Below are positions 27,082 to 38,319 of a stretch of DNA of 64,000 nt, one piece after another; position 1 is the first letter of the stretch; each line of letters starts with the position of its first letter. The notes under the pieces are model-generated. The model worked only from the letters and a program-made list of their open reading frames with translations. It did not search any database and was not told the DNA's origin. Source of the DNA: Torpedo marmorata. Its lineage: Eukaryota. The position numbers were made by a program, and so were the translations under genes. The stretch is from the NCBI GenBank assembly GCA_977017645.1, contig OZ360230.1, forward strand, positions 38,254,001 to 38,318,000, in the 5' to 3' direction.

Positions 27082-30000
27082 TATGGGATCCATATACATG
27101 CACCTAAGATCTGAACTGAAAGAGGGGGAGAAACGAAAAACGAGTAGAGGGCATCATGAAACTGAATATTTATGTGAAGGAGAATTGTTTGGTCCTGCAG
27201 TTATTCAACAGAAAAACAGCTGGAACGGCTAACCTGAATACTACGTAGATAGCGTAATACATACCATTGAGATGCCCTTGATCTCCCCACCCTTTGCAGA
27301 ACTACATTCCATGTTATTCATGAGAAAGATCTAAAACATTCACTCAGAAACTGAAAATCAGTGTGATGTGGACAATGTTCACAACAGTACTGACAAAACC
27401 ACTTTGGTCTGCACAAAGGACATTTCATTCTTGTGGGGGCATGTCGTACAAATCCATGGAGGGGATAAACTATTTTGTGGATGCATGTAAGCATCACCTT
27501 GAAAAGAACATGCTACAATTAATGAGGTCAAACAGTTAAGGTTTGAAAGGATAGGGTTCACAATCATTATATTCATTGAATTTGTCTAATAATTAACTTT
27601 TGGCAAACTGCAGCAGTGTGTGACTAGTCTCTGGCTTTTGCAAACACATGAAACATCAGTGCCTAAATTTTATACTTTGAAGACTAGGACACAACCAAAA
27701 AAGAACTTTTCAAACCTTTTTATTGTAACTCACAAGGAAATACAAATGTCTGACTTGTTACTGAGGGTTTGACATGATAAATAGAGTGCACTGGATTATA
27801 AACAGATATGGCTATCTCCAAACATAAATGTGGTCTAAAATGTAATGCTCAGTTTGCCACCATGTAAATTACTGCTTTGACCGATGGAACGTCATTGATA
27901 CCCTTTCTTAGTTAGTAGTGAAGCGGATCGAAGGTGCTTTTTGAAACTCTGGCACATTTACTGATCTCTTATATACAAGTGAATTATTTGGCATGGATCA
28001 GTGTGAACTGTGTTCAGGCATTAAAATGAAACACAAATCAATGTGGTCTTCTTTTATTTAATTTGAACATTGTGGATCTGGGGCATCCAGTAGGAACAAT
28101 GGGCTGAACATTCTGTGAAAGTAAGCATGAGTCTAATTGCACAAATTTTACTGCAACATCAGATGACTACAAGCGCATTGTTAAGTATGATAATCTGGAA
28201 GTTATTTCTTTCCACACATTCATAAACTGCTCAACAATATCATCTCACCATTTGTATCTCCATTCCATTGGATTAAACAACAAGGAGTTCTGAAACTGAC
28301 ATTGAAGATACAGAGACAGCTTGTCACAGAAAGTAATTTGTTGATTCAAGTCTAAATACATTTTTAGCAAAGCGACACATCTTTATTACTGCAAAGTTAT
28401 TTCTCGGTCACTGAAAAGTAAAATTTGCAATTGTGGAGTCTCATTCCTTACACTTTAGGGATTTTTTCTAAAAGTTTAGCTTCCTTTTTTAAAAAAAACA
28501 AGCATTGATTTTCACTTTCTTGTCCAATTTTCTTTCCCTCTCTGTATCCGATTTATCAGAAATGTCATTATCCTTAAATTTACTGCCTAAATTCTTGGTT
28601 TGGACTTGATGCTGTAGATTAGTAATTCTACAGTCTAATTATTTAAAGGGAAACACTGCTCCTTGTCCTGTTCACCCACATCTCAGTCACTCTTCAGAGG
28701 ATGATGCACACTTTTGATTGCCATGCCAAATCCCTGAGAAAGTCCAGAACATTTGCAAGTCTTCCTGGAGGTGATATTCCAAAATCTTGCCAAATATTTG
28801 AAAATGAAAGTCAACTAACTTAAATAGTATATAATTGGCTTCATACTTGTGAATAACAAACAATGTAACACTCAAAATGATAATGAAATAAAAGAGCTTG
28901 AGTCGACAAAAAATTTTGATCAAATAGCTCAATTTAGATATAGTTGAGCTTATTCAGCACAAAATAATCGTCAAAACTTTGTGCCCAAATGGAATATTGT
29001 TGGAATGGTTGGTCTCCTCTTCTTAGCACAGAATGCACAGAAGCATCTGATTTTTTTTTTTAATCGTGGTGTTTGGTTATAATGATCGGTACTGTTAAAT
29101 GGTTTGTACCACACTGAAAGGTTTGTCGTTGCAGAAAGTTATGAAAACATGGCTGTTAAAATTCGTGCATTTAAACATTGAACGAAAGAGTAAAGCCAAG
29201 CATTTCACAAATTATATATCTCACTGAAGTGTACATTAAGCGGGTGCATGTAACACGTCTTTGCATGTGGCAGCATCATGCAGCCAACAGTAAGAAAGTG
29301 CTTTCAGTAGTTTTAGAGGAGAAAGAAATAGCTGAGAGACGATCCAAGTTTGATGTGTCACCTGAAGCAGCCAACACCATGTAGTGGAGTAAAACTTGAA
29401 CCCAGTTTATGCAAAGGGCTAATGATATGCATGCTTCGGTTTGTTATACCGAGATTCCACTTTTAACATTTTCTCTCATTTTTCTATTGTTTCTGGTTTT
29501 CTGGTTTCTTTTTATGTTCTGCAATTTCTCAGAGTACAATCATGAATTTTAACAGGGAAAATAAACTGAACTATATTGCTGTTAATTCAAAGGTAACAGA
29601 AGTTATTTTTTTGGAGTTTTCTCAAAATAAAAACACCATTCCTTTTCAACTAATAAATAGGGAATACATATGGAAAGCTAGATCTAGGAGCTGTGTCAGC
29701 AGCCAAACTCTTTCATCTGCACTTGAGTCGGTTCCGTCTCACTACTAGGTTCCTGGCTCTCTAGAAATTGCAGTTTACTCAGCAATGTAGACGGGTGACA
29801 TTTCATTTCCCAGATTGCATACAACTTCCTTTTGTCAAGAATTATTGGAAACGTTTCTCAGTTAGTAGTTTACTGAAAAAAAACTTATACCCTGGAGTGG
29901 AAGCTATCTGATCTAGTTGTTATCCTGTATTGACAACAAAGAGAACTGTGCAGATCAAATATTTATTCAATCTTAAAGGCATGGAGGTTACTTGCTCAAC

Positions 30001-30212
30001 TTTAGTAGAGATAGTTTAACTCAAATAAATACATTGATCAGTTCAGTAAACCTATCTGCACATATTTATATTTAAATGCTGTAAAATGAACAAAGAACTT
30101 AACTGAAAGTTAGAAGAATGTGGTGACAGGAAGAAGAACAGTGACATCTGACTGAAAAGCATCTCTTTTTATTGAAGTTGTTTTTGCCAGATAGGCGGTG
30201 GATTCTGAATGA

Positions 30213-30460
30213 GGGGCGGCACGGTCGGCGTAGCGGTTAGCGCAATGCCTTTACAGCGCCAGCAATCGGGACCGGGGTTCGAATCCCGCACTGTCTGTAA
30301 GGAGTTTGTACGTTTTCCCCATGTCTGCGTAGGTTTTCCCCGGGGGCTCCGGTTTCCTCCCAACGTTCGAAACGTACTGGGGGTGTAGGTTAATTGGGTG
30401 TAAATTGGGCGGCACGGACTCATAGGCCAAAATGGCCTGTTACCGTGCTGTATAAGAAAA
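30213..30460 (+). mobile_element. V-SINE (tRNA-derived head, V-domain, CR1-like tail)
   Basis: A-box-like CGGCGTAGCGG; B-box GGTTCGAATCCC (30276-30287); V-domain GGAGTTTGTACGTTTTCCCCATGTCTGCG...CTCCGGTTTCCTCC; tail GGCCAAAATGGCCTGTTACCGTGCTGTA. Confidence 0.9.
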
Positions 30461-31211
30461 TTTTGTTTAACTTTTGTTTGTTTAAATTTTTGTTTAAAAC
30501 ATCCAACAATCCTGGTCACCCACCAAAATCTCTCCTTTGTCCTCCAATTTTAAATGGAATATCAAACAGCACAGCCATTTTTGGATCTTCCAAATGATAT
30601 GGCATCTTGTTGTGTTATCAGTTTCATGATTTGGTGGGTGCAATTATTTCCCATCACAGTATTGGATAGACTGGGCTACAGCTCCCACTCTGTGACTAAT
30701 TAGTCAAAAATTGTAATAAAGAGCTTACAATCTATCGTTATGCCTTGTTTTAATGAGGTGCAAAAATAAAAGCAACCAAAGCTCTTGCAGGTAAAGTGAT
30801 TACATTGCACAGAGATGTTGTACGTATCCTGCTGCTACTAACACTGTGTAGTCTCACCCATAAAGAGGAATTAGTGGAATCATACAAAGTATGTTGTTTG
30901 GGCATGATGTTTGGCCTTCAAGAGAGAATAAAATAAAATGAAAAAAAAAATTGTTGCAGCTCATAGCAACATATATTAAGGTGTATGTTTGAAAACAACA
31001 CAAGTTCAACACTAAAATATCATAATTGTGCTTTCATAAATGAGGCCAAACACAAGATTGAAGCCTGAAGCCGACAATGAGGTGACATTTCTGAAGAGTT
31101 TTGCTGGAATTTACCTTCATGAAATTTGAGTCAGTCATTATGAAACATGACAACTGGGTGGAGGAAGATTTTCACAGAGACAACTCAGAACCAATAAAGA
31201 GGTGTTGACTG

Positions 31212-33220
31212 ATTACATAGAACAGTACAACACAGGAAAATGTGCTTGGCCCACGACATTACAATGGCAAATTACAACACATCTACCTGCACATGGTCTA
31301 TATTCCTCCTTCTCTGCCTCATCATGTGTCTGGCTAAGTACCTCTTAACTGCTGCTGTTGCATCTGCTTCCATCACTTCCCCTGGAAGCATGTTACAGGC
31401 ACTTACCACTTGGTGTAAAAAAAAAACGCCTCAAATTCTTTTAAACGTTTGCCCTCTTATCTTAAAGCTATGACTCTAGTATTTGACAATAGAACCATAG
31501 AACATTACAGCACAGAAACAGGCCCCTTCGGCCCTTCTAGTCTGTGCCAAACCATTTTTCTGCCTAGTCCCACTGACCTGCACCCAGTCCATAGCCCTCC
31601 ATACCTCTCCCATCCATGTACCTGTCCAAATTCTTCTTAAATATTAAAATTGAGCTTGCATTCATCACTTCAGCTCGTTCCACACTCCCGCCACTCTCTG
31701 CGTCAAGAGGTTTCCCCTCATGTTCCCCCTAAGCTTTTCCCATTTCACCCTTAACCCATGTCCTCTGGGTTGTATCGCACCTACCCTCAGTGGAAAAAGC
31801 CTACCTATATTTATTCTGTCTATCCCCCTCGTAATTTTAAATACCTCTATCAAATCTCCCCTCATTCTTCTACGCTCCAGGGAATAAAATCCTAACCTGT
31901 TTAACCTTTCCCTGTAACTCAGTTCCTGAAGTCCGGGCAACATCCTAGAAAATCTTCTCTGCACTCTTTCTATTTTATTGATATCTTTCCTGTAGTTCGG
32001 TGACCAAACCTGCACACAATACTCCAAATTTAGCCTCACCAATGTCTTATACAACTTTACCATAACATCCCAACTCCTATACTCAATACTTTGATTTATG
32101 AAGGCCAATATGCCAAAGCTCTCCTTACAACCGTATCTACCTGTGATGCTACTTTCTGGGAATTATGTATCTGTATTCCCAGATCCTTCTGTTCTACCAC
32201 ACTCCTTAGTGCCCGACCCTTTACCGTGTATGTCCTTTCTTGGTTTGTCCTTCCAAAATACAACACCTCACACTTATAATGGCATTATATTCCATCTGCC
32301 ATTTTTCAGCCCATTTTTACAGCTGATCCCTCTGCAAGCTTTGAAAATCTTTGCTGTCTACAACGCCTCCAATCTTAGTGTCATCTGCAAACTTGCTGAT
32401 CCTATTTACCACCTTATCATCTAGATCATTGAGATAGATGGCAAACAACAATTGTCCCAGCACTGATCCCTGAGGCACACCACTAGTCACAGGTCTCCAG
32501 TCTGAAAAGCAATCATCCACCACTACTCTCTGGCTTCTCCTGTCCAGCCATTGTTGAATTCAGTTTACTACTTCACCATGAATACCGAGTTAGCCTTCCT
32601 GACTAACCTCCCATGTGGGGACCTTGTCAAAAGCCTTACTAAAGTTCATTTAGACAACATCCACAGCCTTTCCTTTGTCAACTTTCCTGGTAACCTCCTT
32701 GAAACACTCTGTAAGATTGGTTAAACATGACCTACCACACACAAAGCCAAGTTGACTATCCCTAATCACTCCCTGGCTATCCAAATAATTGTATATCCAA
32801 TCTCTTAGAACACCTTCCAGTAATTTACCTACTACTGATGTTTCAACCTTGGAAAAAACTCTGACCAGCTATCCTATCTATGCCTCTTGTAAGATTATAC
32901 CTTTCTATCAAGTCACACCTCAACCTCTGACACTCCAGGGAAAACAATCTAATACTCTCTAATCCAGGCAACATCCTGGTGAAGCTCTTCTGCATTCTCT
33001 CTGCACCCTTCCTGTAATGCAGTGACCAGACTGCACACAATACTCCAAATGTGGCTGAGCCAAAGTTTTACACAGCTACAATACGACTTCCTGACTTTTA
33101 TATTCAATGCCTCAACCGATGAATGCAAGATAACTGTGCACTTTCTTTACCATCCTGTCTATTTGTATTGCCACTTTCAGGGAGCTGTGGACTTGCACTC
33201 CAAGATTCCTCTGTCCATCA
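31212..33220 (-). mobile_element. Older CR1 3' fragment split by a younger CR1 insertion (pieces 31212-31488 and 32841-33220)
   Basis: CR1 tail at 31212-31260; decayed ORF2 C-terminus (WSLHYRK...FTRMLPGL...RLRCDLIE) at 32843-33040; the pieces join at ATTTGACA|TTTCAACC. Confidence 0.75.
31489..32840 (-). mobile_element. CR1 LINE, 5'-truncated (RT and C-terminal fragments)
   Basis: SGVPQGSVLG...ISKFADDTK and LYKTLVRLNLEYCVQVWSP...RGDLIEVFKI; (GTTCTATG)n tail; frameshifted. Confidence 0.95.
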
Positions 33221-34289
33221 ATAAATCATCAGCCAATAAAATGATTATGGCCAATAAAATAGAATAATGCTGATGATTGACCAGCTAAAATTCAGTTGAA
33301 CATTTTGGTTGATCATTCACATTCAACTTTTTTTCTACAGCAATTGGACACAAACTTGTTATTGTAAAGACTTACTTGGAATATGCACCTGCTTCCAACA
33401 TCTGTGTGGTTGAAAATAGTGGAGGAATAGTAAACTTGATCATACAACTTGAATAGTTAACATCTACACAAAGGGCAAAATTTTATCCTGAATTGATCAT
33501 GCTGAATATACAGTTCAGTTGTGGGTAAGTGCTCAAATCCAGATTTTGAGCTGTTATTGACAATGAACTGAATTTCTGAAGCAGAATAAAATACTTGATT
33601 GCTACTTTCTCACACGATTGGCAAGTAAGCAAGAACGAATTGTTTTACCCCCATATATTAACTTCAACAGGATAAATTGGAGCGTGATGTAACTTTACAA
33701 ATGAAACATTTGCTCCTTTGCATTATTGTTACGTTCAAATGGTATTGGATCAGCCACAATTCCAGATATTTTGGAATGGAGTAGAAATGATGGGAATGAT
33801 TCAATTTCTGTGTAATCTTGAATGGGAAATTTATCATTTACTTTTGTTCCTGTGGATAGAATCATGAAGAAAATATCCATAGCATTCAGACAAATGCTGT
33901 CTTGTGAATATTTGGCTCAACTTTTCTCAAACATGCCAAATGCTTAGGAGAAGCATGAGGGAGGGGTGGGGGGTCCCACCTCTGCTGGTTTCACCTGCTA
34001 CTTGTTGTCAGTGAGTGATGGATGTAATGCAACAGCCACGAGTCACTGCCTTGGGGACAGTTTTGTCTGTGACAGAAGTAAAGAGGAATATTGTCCATAG
34101 TTCCCCCAAAACTCCCTGGAACCCCTTGCAATAATAAAAAATGGATATTCCGCAGATCTTACCTTTTTAAAGACTGGCAGTTCATTAGATGCAATAGTGA
34201 GCATTAAAGTACTCTTTGTACTTGCCACTCATATGTACCTTCTGCACTCAGTGGATAATTGAGAGTTGCATAGAATGTACTCCAAGTAC

Positions 34290-34385
34290 AATGCACAAAG
34301 AGTGAGAGAACTCAGCAGATAAGGCAGCTTTCATGGAAAGAAATAGACAGTCGATGTTTCAGGCTGAAACCTTCATCAGGAATGT
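34290..34385 (-). mobile_element. Penelope-type terminal fragment with hammerhead motif
   Basis: AGAACTCAGCAGATAAGGCAGC...ACAGTCGATGTTTCAGGCTGAAACCTTCATCAGG. Confidence 0.65.
34348..34385 (-). ncRNA. Minimal type-I hammerhead ribozyme motif
   Basis: Minus strand reads CAUUC-CUGAUGA-AGG-UUUCAG-CCU-GAAA-CA-UC-GACUG: full core, 3-bp stem II, stem I with 4 of 5 pairs, UC cleavage site. Confidence 0.7.
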
Positions 34386-35099
34386 ACCCAATGTAATTAT
34401 TCTCCAGTGCATCGAATGTTTTATTAGATACTTTCCTCTCTACCTCACATGGATGTTCTGCATGTGCTTTCTCAGATAACACTATTATCCCACACTATTT
34501 TATCTCTCCATTGAAGTCAATGGAATTCACAGTTTAGTGCTGGTATCTAAAGATGAATTTCTACTGTAATTGAATTGGAATATTTTACTGTATTAAAATG
34601 ACTTTTCAAGGGCATGTTCTGCAGTATATAGATAACATTGTCAATAGACAATTAGTTTCCATTTCAAGGCATTTTAATAATTAAGTGTGAACCATATGCT
34701 GGATAGGACAGACAGCATACAGTAGGTGTTTCTTTCCCCATAGGAACTCATGAGTTTTCAATGAAAAATCATCCAATTTTCATGAAACAAGAAGGAAGAA
34801 GACTTGCTGAAAATCTCTGATGAAACCACAGCTTGAGTGCAAAGTGGAATTTTTCCTCCTTTATCCAAGAAAAAAATGATTTGGCTGAGACATACTGTGG
34901 TGTAGTTTCACTTGATTGATACTTGGGGATTAGGGGGTTGTGTTTTGAAAAGAGAGCTGCAACAGGTCTAATATTTGATGCAATAGAGTTTCCTTTATCC
35001 ACATTATGCAATATTATAGATGAGCCAAATCACAATCAAAACAACCTCTGCCAAAACATATTCACATATCTCGACATCTTCCAAATATAGAGGATCATA

Positions 35100-35226
35100 T
35101 AAATCGTTTGTAAATGTGTGTTATGTCTTTATATGTGCTTCCATGTTTTTACACTGAGGACCGAAGAATGCCGTTTTGTCCAGTTGTACTTTACAACTGT
35201 ATGATAATAATAAACTTGAATTTGAA
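35100..35226 (+). mobile_element. LINE 3' tail fragment (Rex1-like)
   Basis: Ends in AATAAACTTGAATTTGAA; a related tail with (ACTTGA)n lies at 62880-62950. Confidence 0.45.
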
Positions 35227-35537
35227 ATAACATACTAACAACAGAAGATACTGAAAGTAAATACAGGATTTTAGATTTAACGAACCCCCTTCTTCTGCCA
35301 ACGCCATGTGGGCAGAAGGGGTGATTTTCTCTGGACAGATTTTCTCTAAACAGGGAAAATTATACGGAGACAAAATGGAACAAGACAGGGATATCTTACC
35401 CCTATTTTTGCCTTTGTCATTTTATCAGCTTAAATGACCCCAAGGTGTCAATAAAAAGGTACAAAAATGAGGTTGTAACTTGCAGCCTTGCCTTGCAGAA
35501 CAGTTCTGTTCAGTCTGCATGGGTGTTTCTGAGCTTC

Positions 35538-36318
35538 AACTCACCAAGGAGCTGATTGTTGACCTCAGGAAGGGAAATCCAGAGGTGTACGATCCAGTGA
35601 TCATTGGAGGAATTAGAAGTGGAGAGGATGAGCAAATTTAAGTTCTTCGGAGTCACTATCTCAGAGGATTTTACCTGGACCCAACACACCAATGGCATCG
35701 TGAAGAAAGCATGTCAGCGCCTCTACATCCTCAGGAGTTTGCGGAGGTTTGGTATGACACTGGAAACCCTGGCAAATTTCCACAGATGTGTGGTGGAAAG
35801 TGTGCTGACCGGCTGCATCACAGTCTGGTATGGGGACACCTATACCCCTGAGCATAAAGCCCTGCAAAAGGTAGTGGTTACAGTCCAGGACGTCGCAGGC
35901 AAAACCCTCCCCACCATTGAGAACATCTACAGGGAACGCTGCCGTCGGAGAGCACCAGCATTCATCAAGGATCCACATCACCCAGCACACACTCTGTTCT
36001 CACTGTTACAATCAGGAAAGAGGTATAGGTGGCACAAGACTTGCACCACCAGGTTCAGGAACAGCTGCTACCCCTCCACCATCAGACTCCTCAACAACAA
36101 ACTCAATCAGGGACTCATTTAAGGACTCTTACTTTTGCTCTTTATTGACTTTTTTTCTCTCTGCATTGCACAGTCAGTTGTTTACATTTCTTTATTTGTT
36201 TACATTGAGTACAGTTTTTTTGAACTACCAATAAGTGGTAATTCTGCTTCGCCCACAGGTAAAAGAATCTTAAGGTTGCATGTATAAACTCGGACAATAA
36301 ATCTAAAATCTGAATCTG
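35538..36318 (+). mobile_element. Rex1/Babar-like LINE, 5'-truncated
   Basis: ORF 35604-36122 (KKACQRLYILRSLRRFG...IKDPHHPAHTLFSLLQSGKRY) is homologous to the C-terminus of the 587-aa ORF; ends in GACAATAAA plus a TCTGAA-like tail. Confidence 0.9.
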
Positions 36319-36589
36319 TTATCTTAATTATCTGACCTACTTCTTTGACCTCTGACGCTGTCCCAATGATGTCAATGCATGCTCAAGAAGAAGTACCTCA
36401 CCTTCTGCCTGGGCATATTTCAGCCCTCGAAACTCGATATCAAATTCAACAAATTCAGGTAACCAGCTTTTACTTCTTTTCACATTGGTTGTTAGATAAT
36501 TCCATGTCAATGTGTTCTTTTCTCTTCTCTTTCTAATTGCATGTTTTTAAGGTAATGGCTATCTTGACAACTTTGGTTTGCATCCCATC

Positions 36590-36750
36590 TCAGATATTCT
36601 CTCTGTTCTCCCTTCCCCCTACAATCTTCTATAGCTTAAACCCACTTGTTTTCTCACCTTGAGTTCTGATGGACGGCCCATGACCTGAAACGTGACCATT
36701 TCTTCCTCCATGGATCCTGACCTGCTGACCTGCTTCTGCATTTTCTGTTC
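36590..36750 (+). mobile_element. Decayed Penelope-type terminal fragment (broken hammerhead)
   Basis: CTGATGG...CCTGAAACGTG followed by CCTGACCTGCTGA...GCATTTTCTG. Confidence 0.55.
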
Positions 36751-37904
36751 TAGAGCGCAAATGACGAACAGATTGGCTTGACAAGTTAAACCAGAAAATA
36801 CTTCCTTTTTTAATTCCCTTCCTGTCACAGATCACAGTGTTGAGGAGCTTATAATTTTATCTCGTTTGCATCTGGATCTTGTTTGGTTTTGCTCTGCGTA
36901 CAGTATGCCTGAAAAGCAGACCATCTGCCATGTTTTATGATATGCATACAATGTTACAACTTGGCTCCACAGTCTCCAATAGAATGTCCCAAGTCAAAAC
37001 ACAAATGGATCTTGAAAGCATAAATAAAAGATGGAGCTTTATCAGTTCAGGAAGCCATAATGGGTCTTTTTTTATTGGTACTGTGATAATAATTACATCT
37101 TGAAAATTGTCTCTTGTATGTCAAACGTCATCCATTCCCAACAATTTAACACACTACAAACACTCACACACATCCAAATTGAATGAATTTGTGATTTACA
37201 ATTAAAGTAAACATTTCATACATTTTACATTGTAATTGCTGATAATGTTCCAAAAGACCCAGGTAGTCTGTCATTTCAATACATCCTGCAAAATTTGATT
37301 TTTTTTAAATTAATTATCCATTTTTTTTACCCCAACCTCAGAAAAGATGTGATTGTCAAGGAAACAATGACAATGTTATTCCTGACAATGAGCTCCCATG
37401 CGCAATTCAGGTGGTGCAAATGTGAAAAAGAGAACCAGAATTTGTCCACTTAAAGAGAAAGCTGCTCCAGTAGCTCTTTGGTAGACCGATAACAGTCAAC
37501 TGGGCAGCAGGGGAGACTACAAGAAAAGAATGTCCAAATTCTGTACAGTAGTAACATAAAGCATCATGTAAAACATGCATATACATCGTAAAACATGCAT
37601 ACACATCTTAAAACCAATATCATCAATAATCTAAACATTCAAAAGGTAAATATACTGTAGCAGCTGGATCTTGAACCACTGACCTGTCTAACCTCCCTCT
37701 CCCGTAGCCTCTATACACACCCCAATACAGGTGATAAAAACCCCAATTAGCATCAGGAATGATTCAGTACAGCATGATTATCATCATGAATGCCTCAGTA
37801 TAGTACCTGTACCCTGATCAGATGAAGGACTTTACTATGTGGTTTTCCCAAAGTATTCACACTAACAAGGTTAACTGGATATCTGAATACATGATATTAC
37901 CTCT

Positions 37905-38125
37905 TGCCTGTGGGACTGTGCTCCTCCCCCCACCCCTCCTCCCCATCATTTTATTCAGGCACCTGCCTACATGTTGCTTATACCTTGATGAAGGACTCAG
38001 GCCCAAAATGTTTCCAATGTATTTTTATGTTTGCTCTACAAATTACGCTGTTTGACCTGCTGAGGTTCTCCAGCATTGTGTTTTTACTTCAATCATGGTG
38101 CCTGCAGACTTTCGTGTTTTACTCC
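37905..38125 (+). mobile_element. Penelope-type terminal fragment (degenerate hammerhead)
   Basis: TACCTTGATGAAGGACTCAGGCCCAAAATG...GACCTGCTGAGGTTCTCCAGCATTGTGTTTTTAC; aligns by eye with the reverse complement of 63608-63830. Confidence 0.7.
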
Positions 38126-38253
38126 TATATGAATACATTGTTACAATGCAAAATGGGTAAAATTGAAATTTATATTTATTAAAGACAATTAAACATAAAA
38201 TTTCTTAACAATTAACCCCACTATAAACGTCTATAAACACTATTCTTATCTAA

Positions 38254-38256
<3 letters not shown>

Positions 38257-38316
<60 letters not shown>
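38257..38316. repeat. (GT)n microsatellite
   Basis: Perfect run of about 30 units. Confidence 0.98.

Positions 38317-38319
<3 letters not shown>

Noticed and set aside
30213-30290. tRNA gene (A and B boxes)
   Set aside because: It runs straight into a V-domain and LINE-like tail and is duplicated at 44462, so it is a SINE head.
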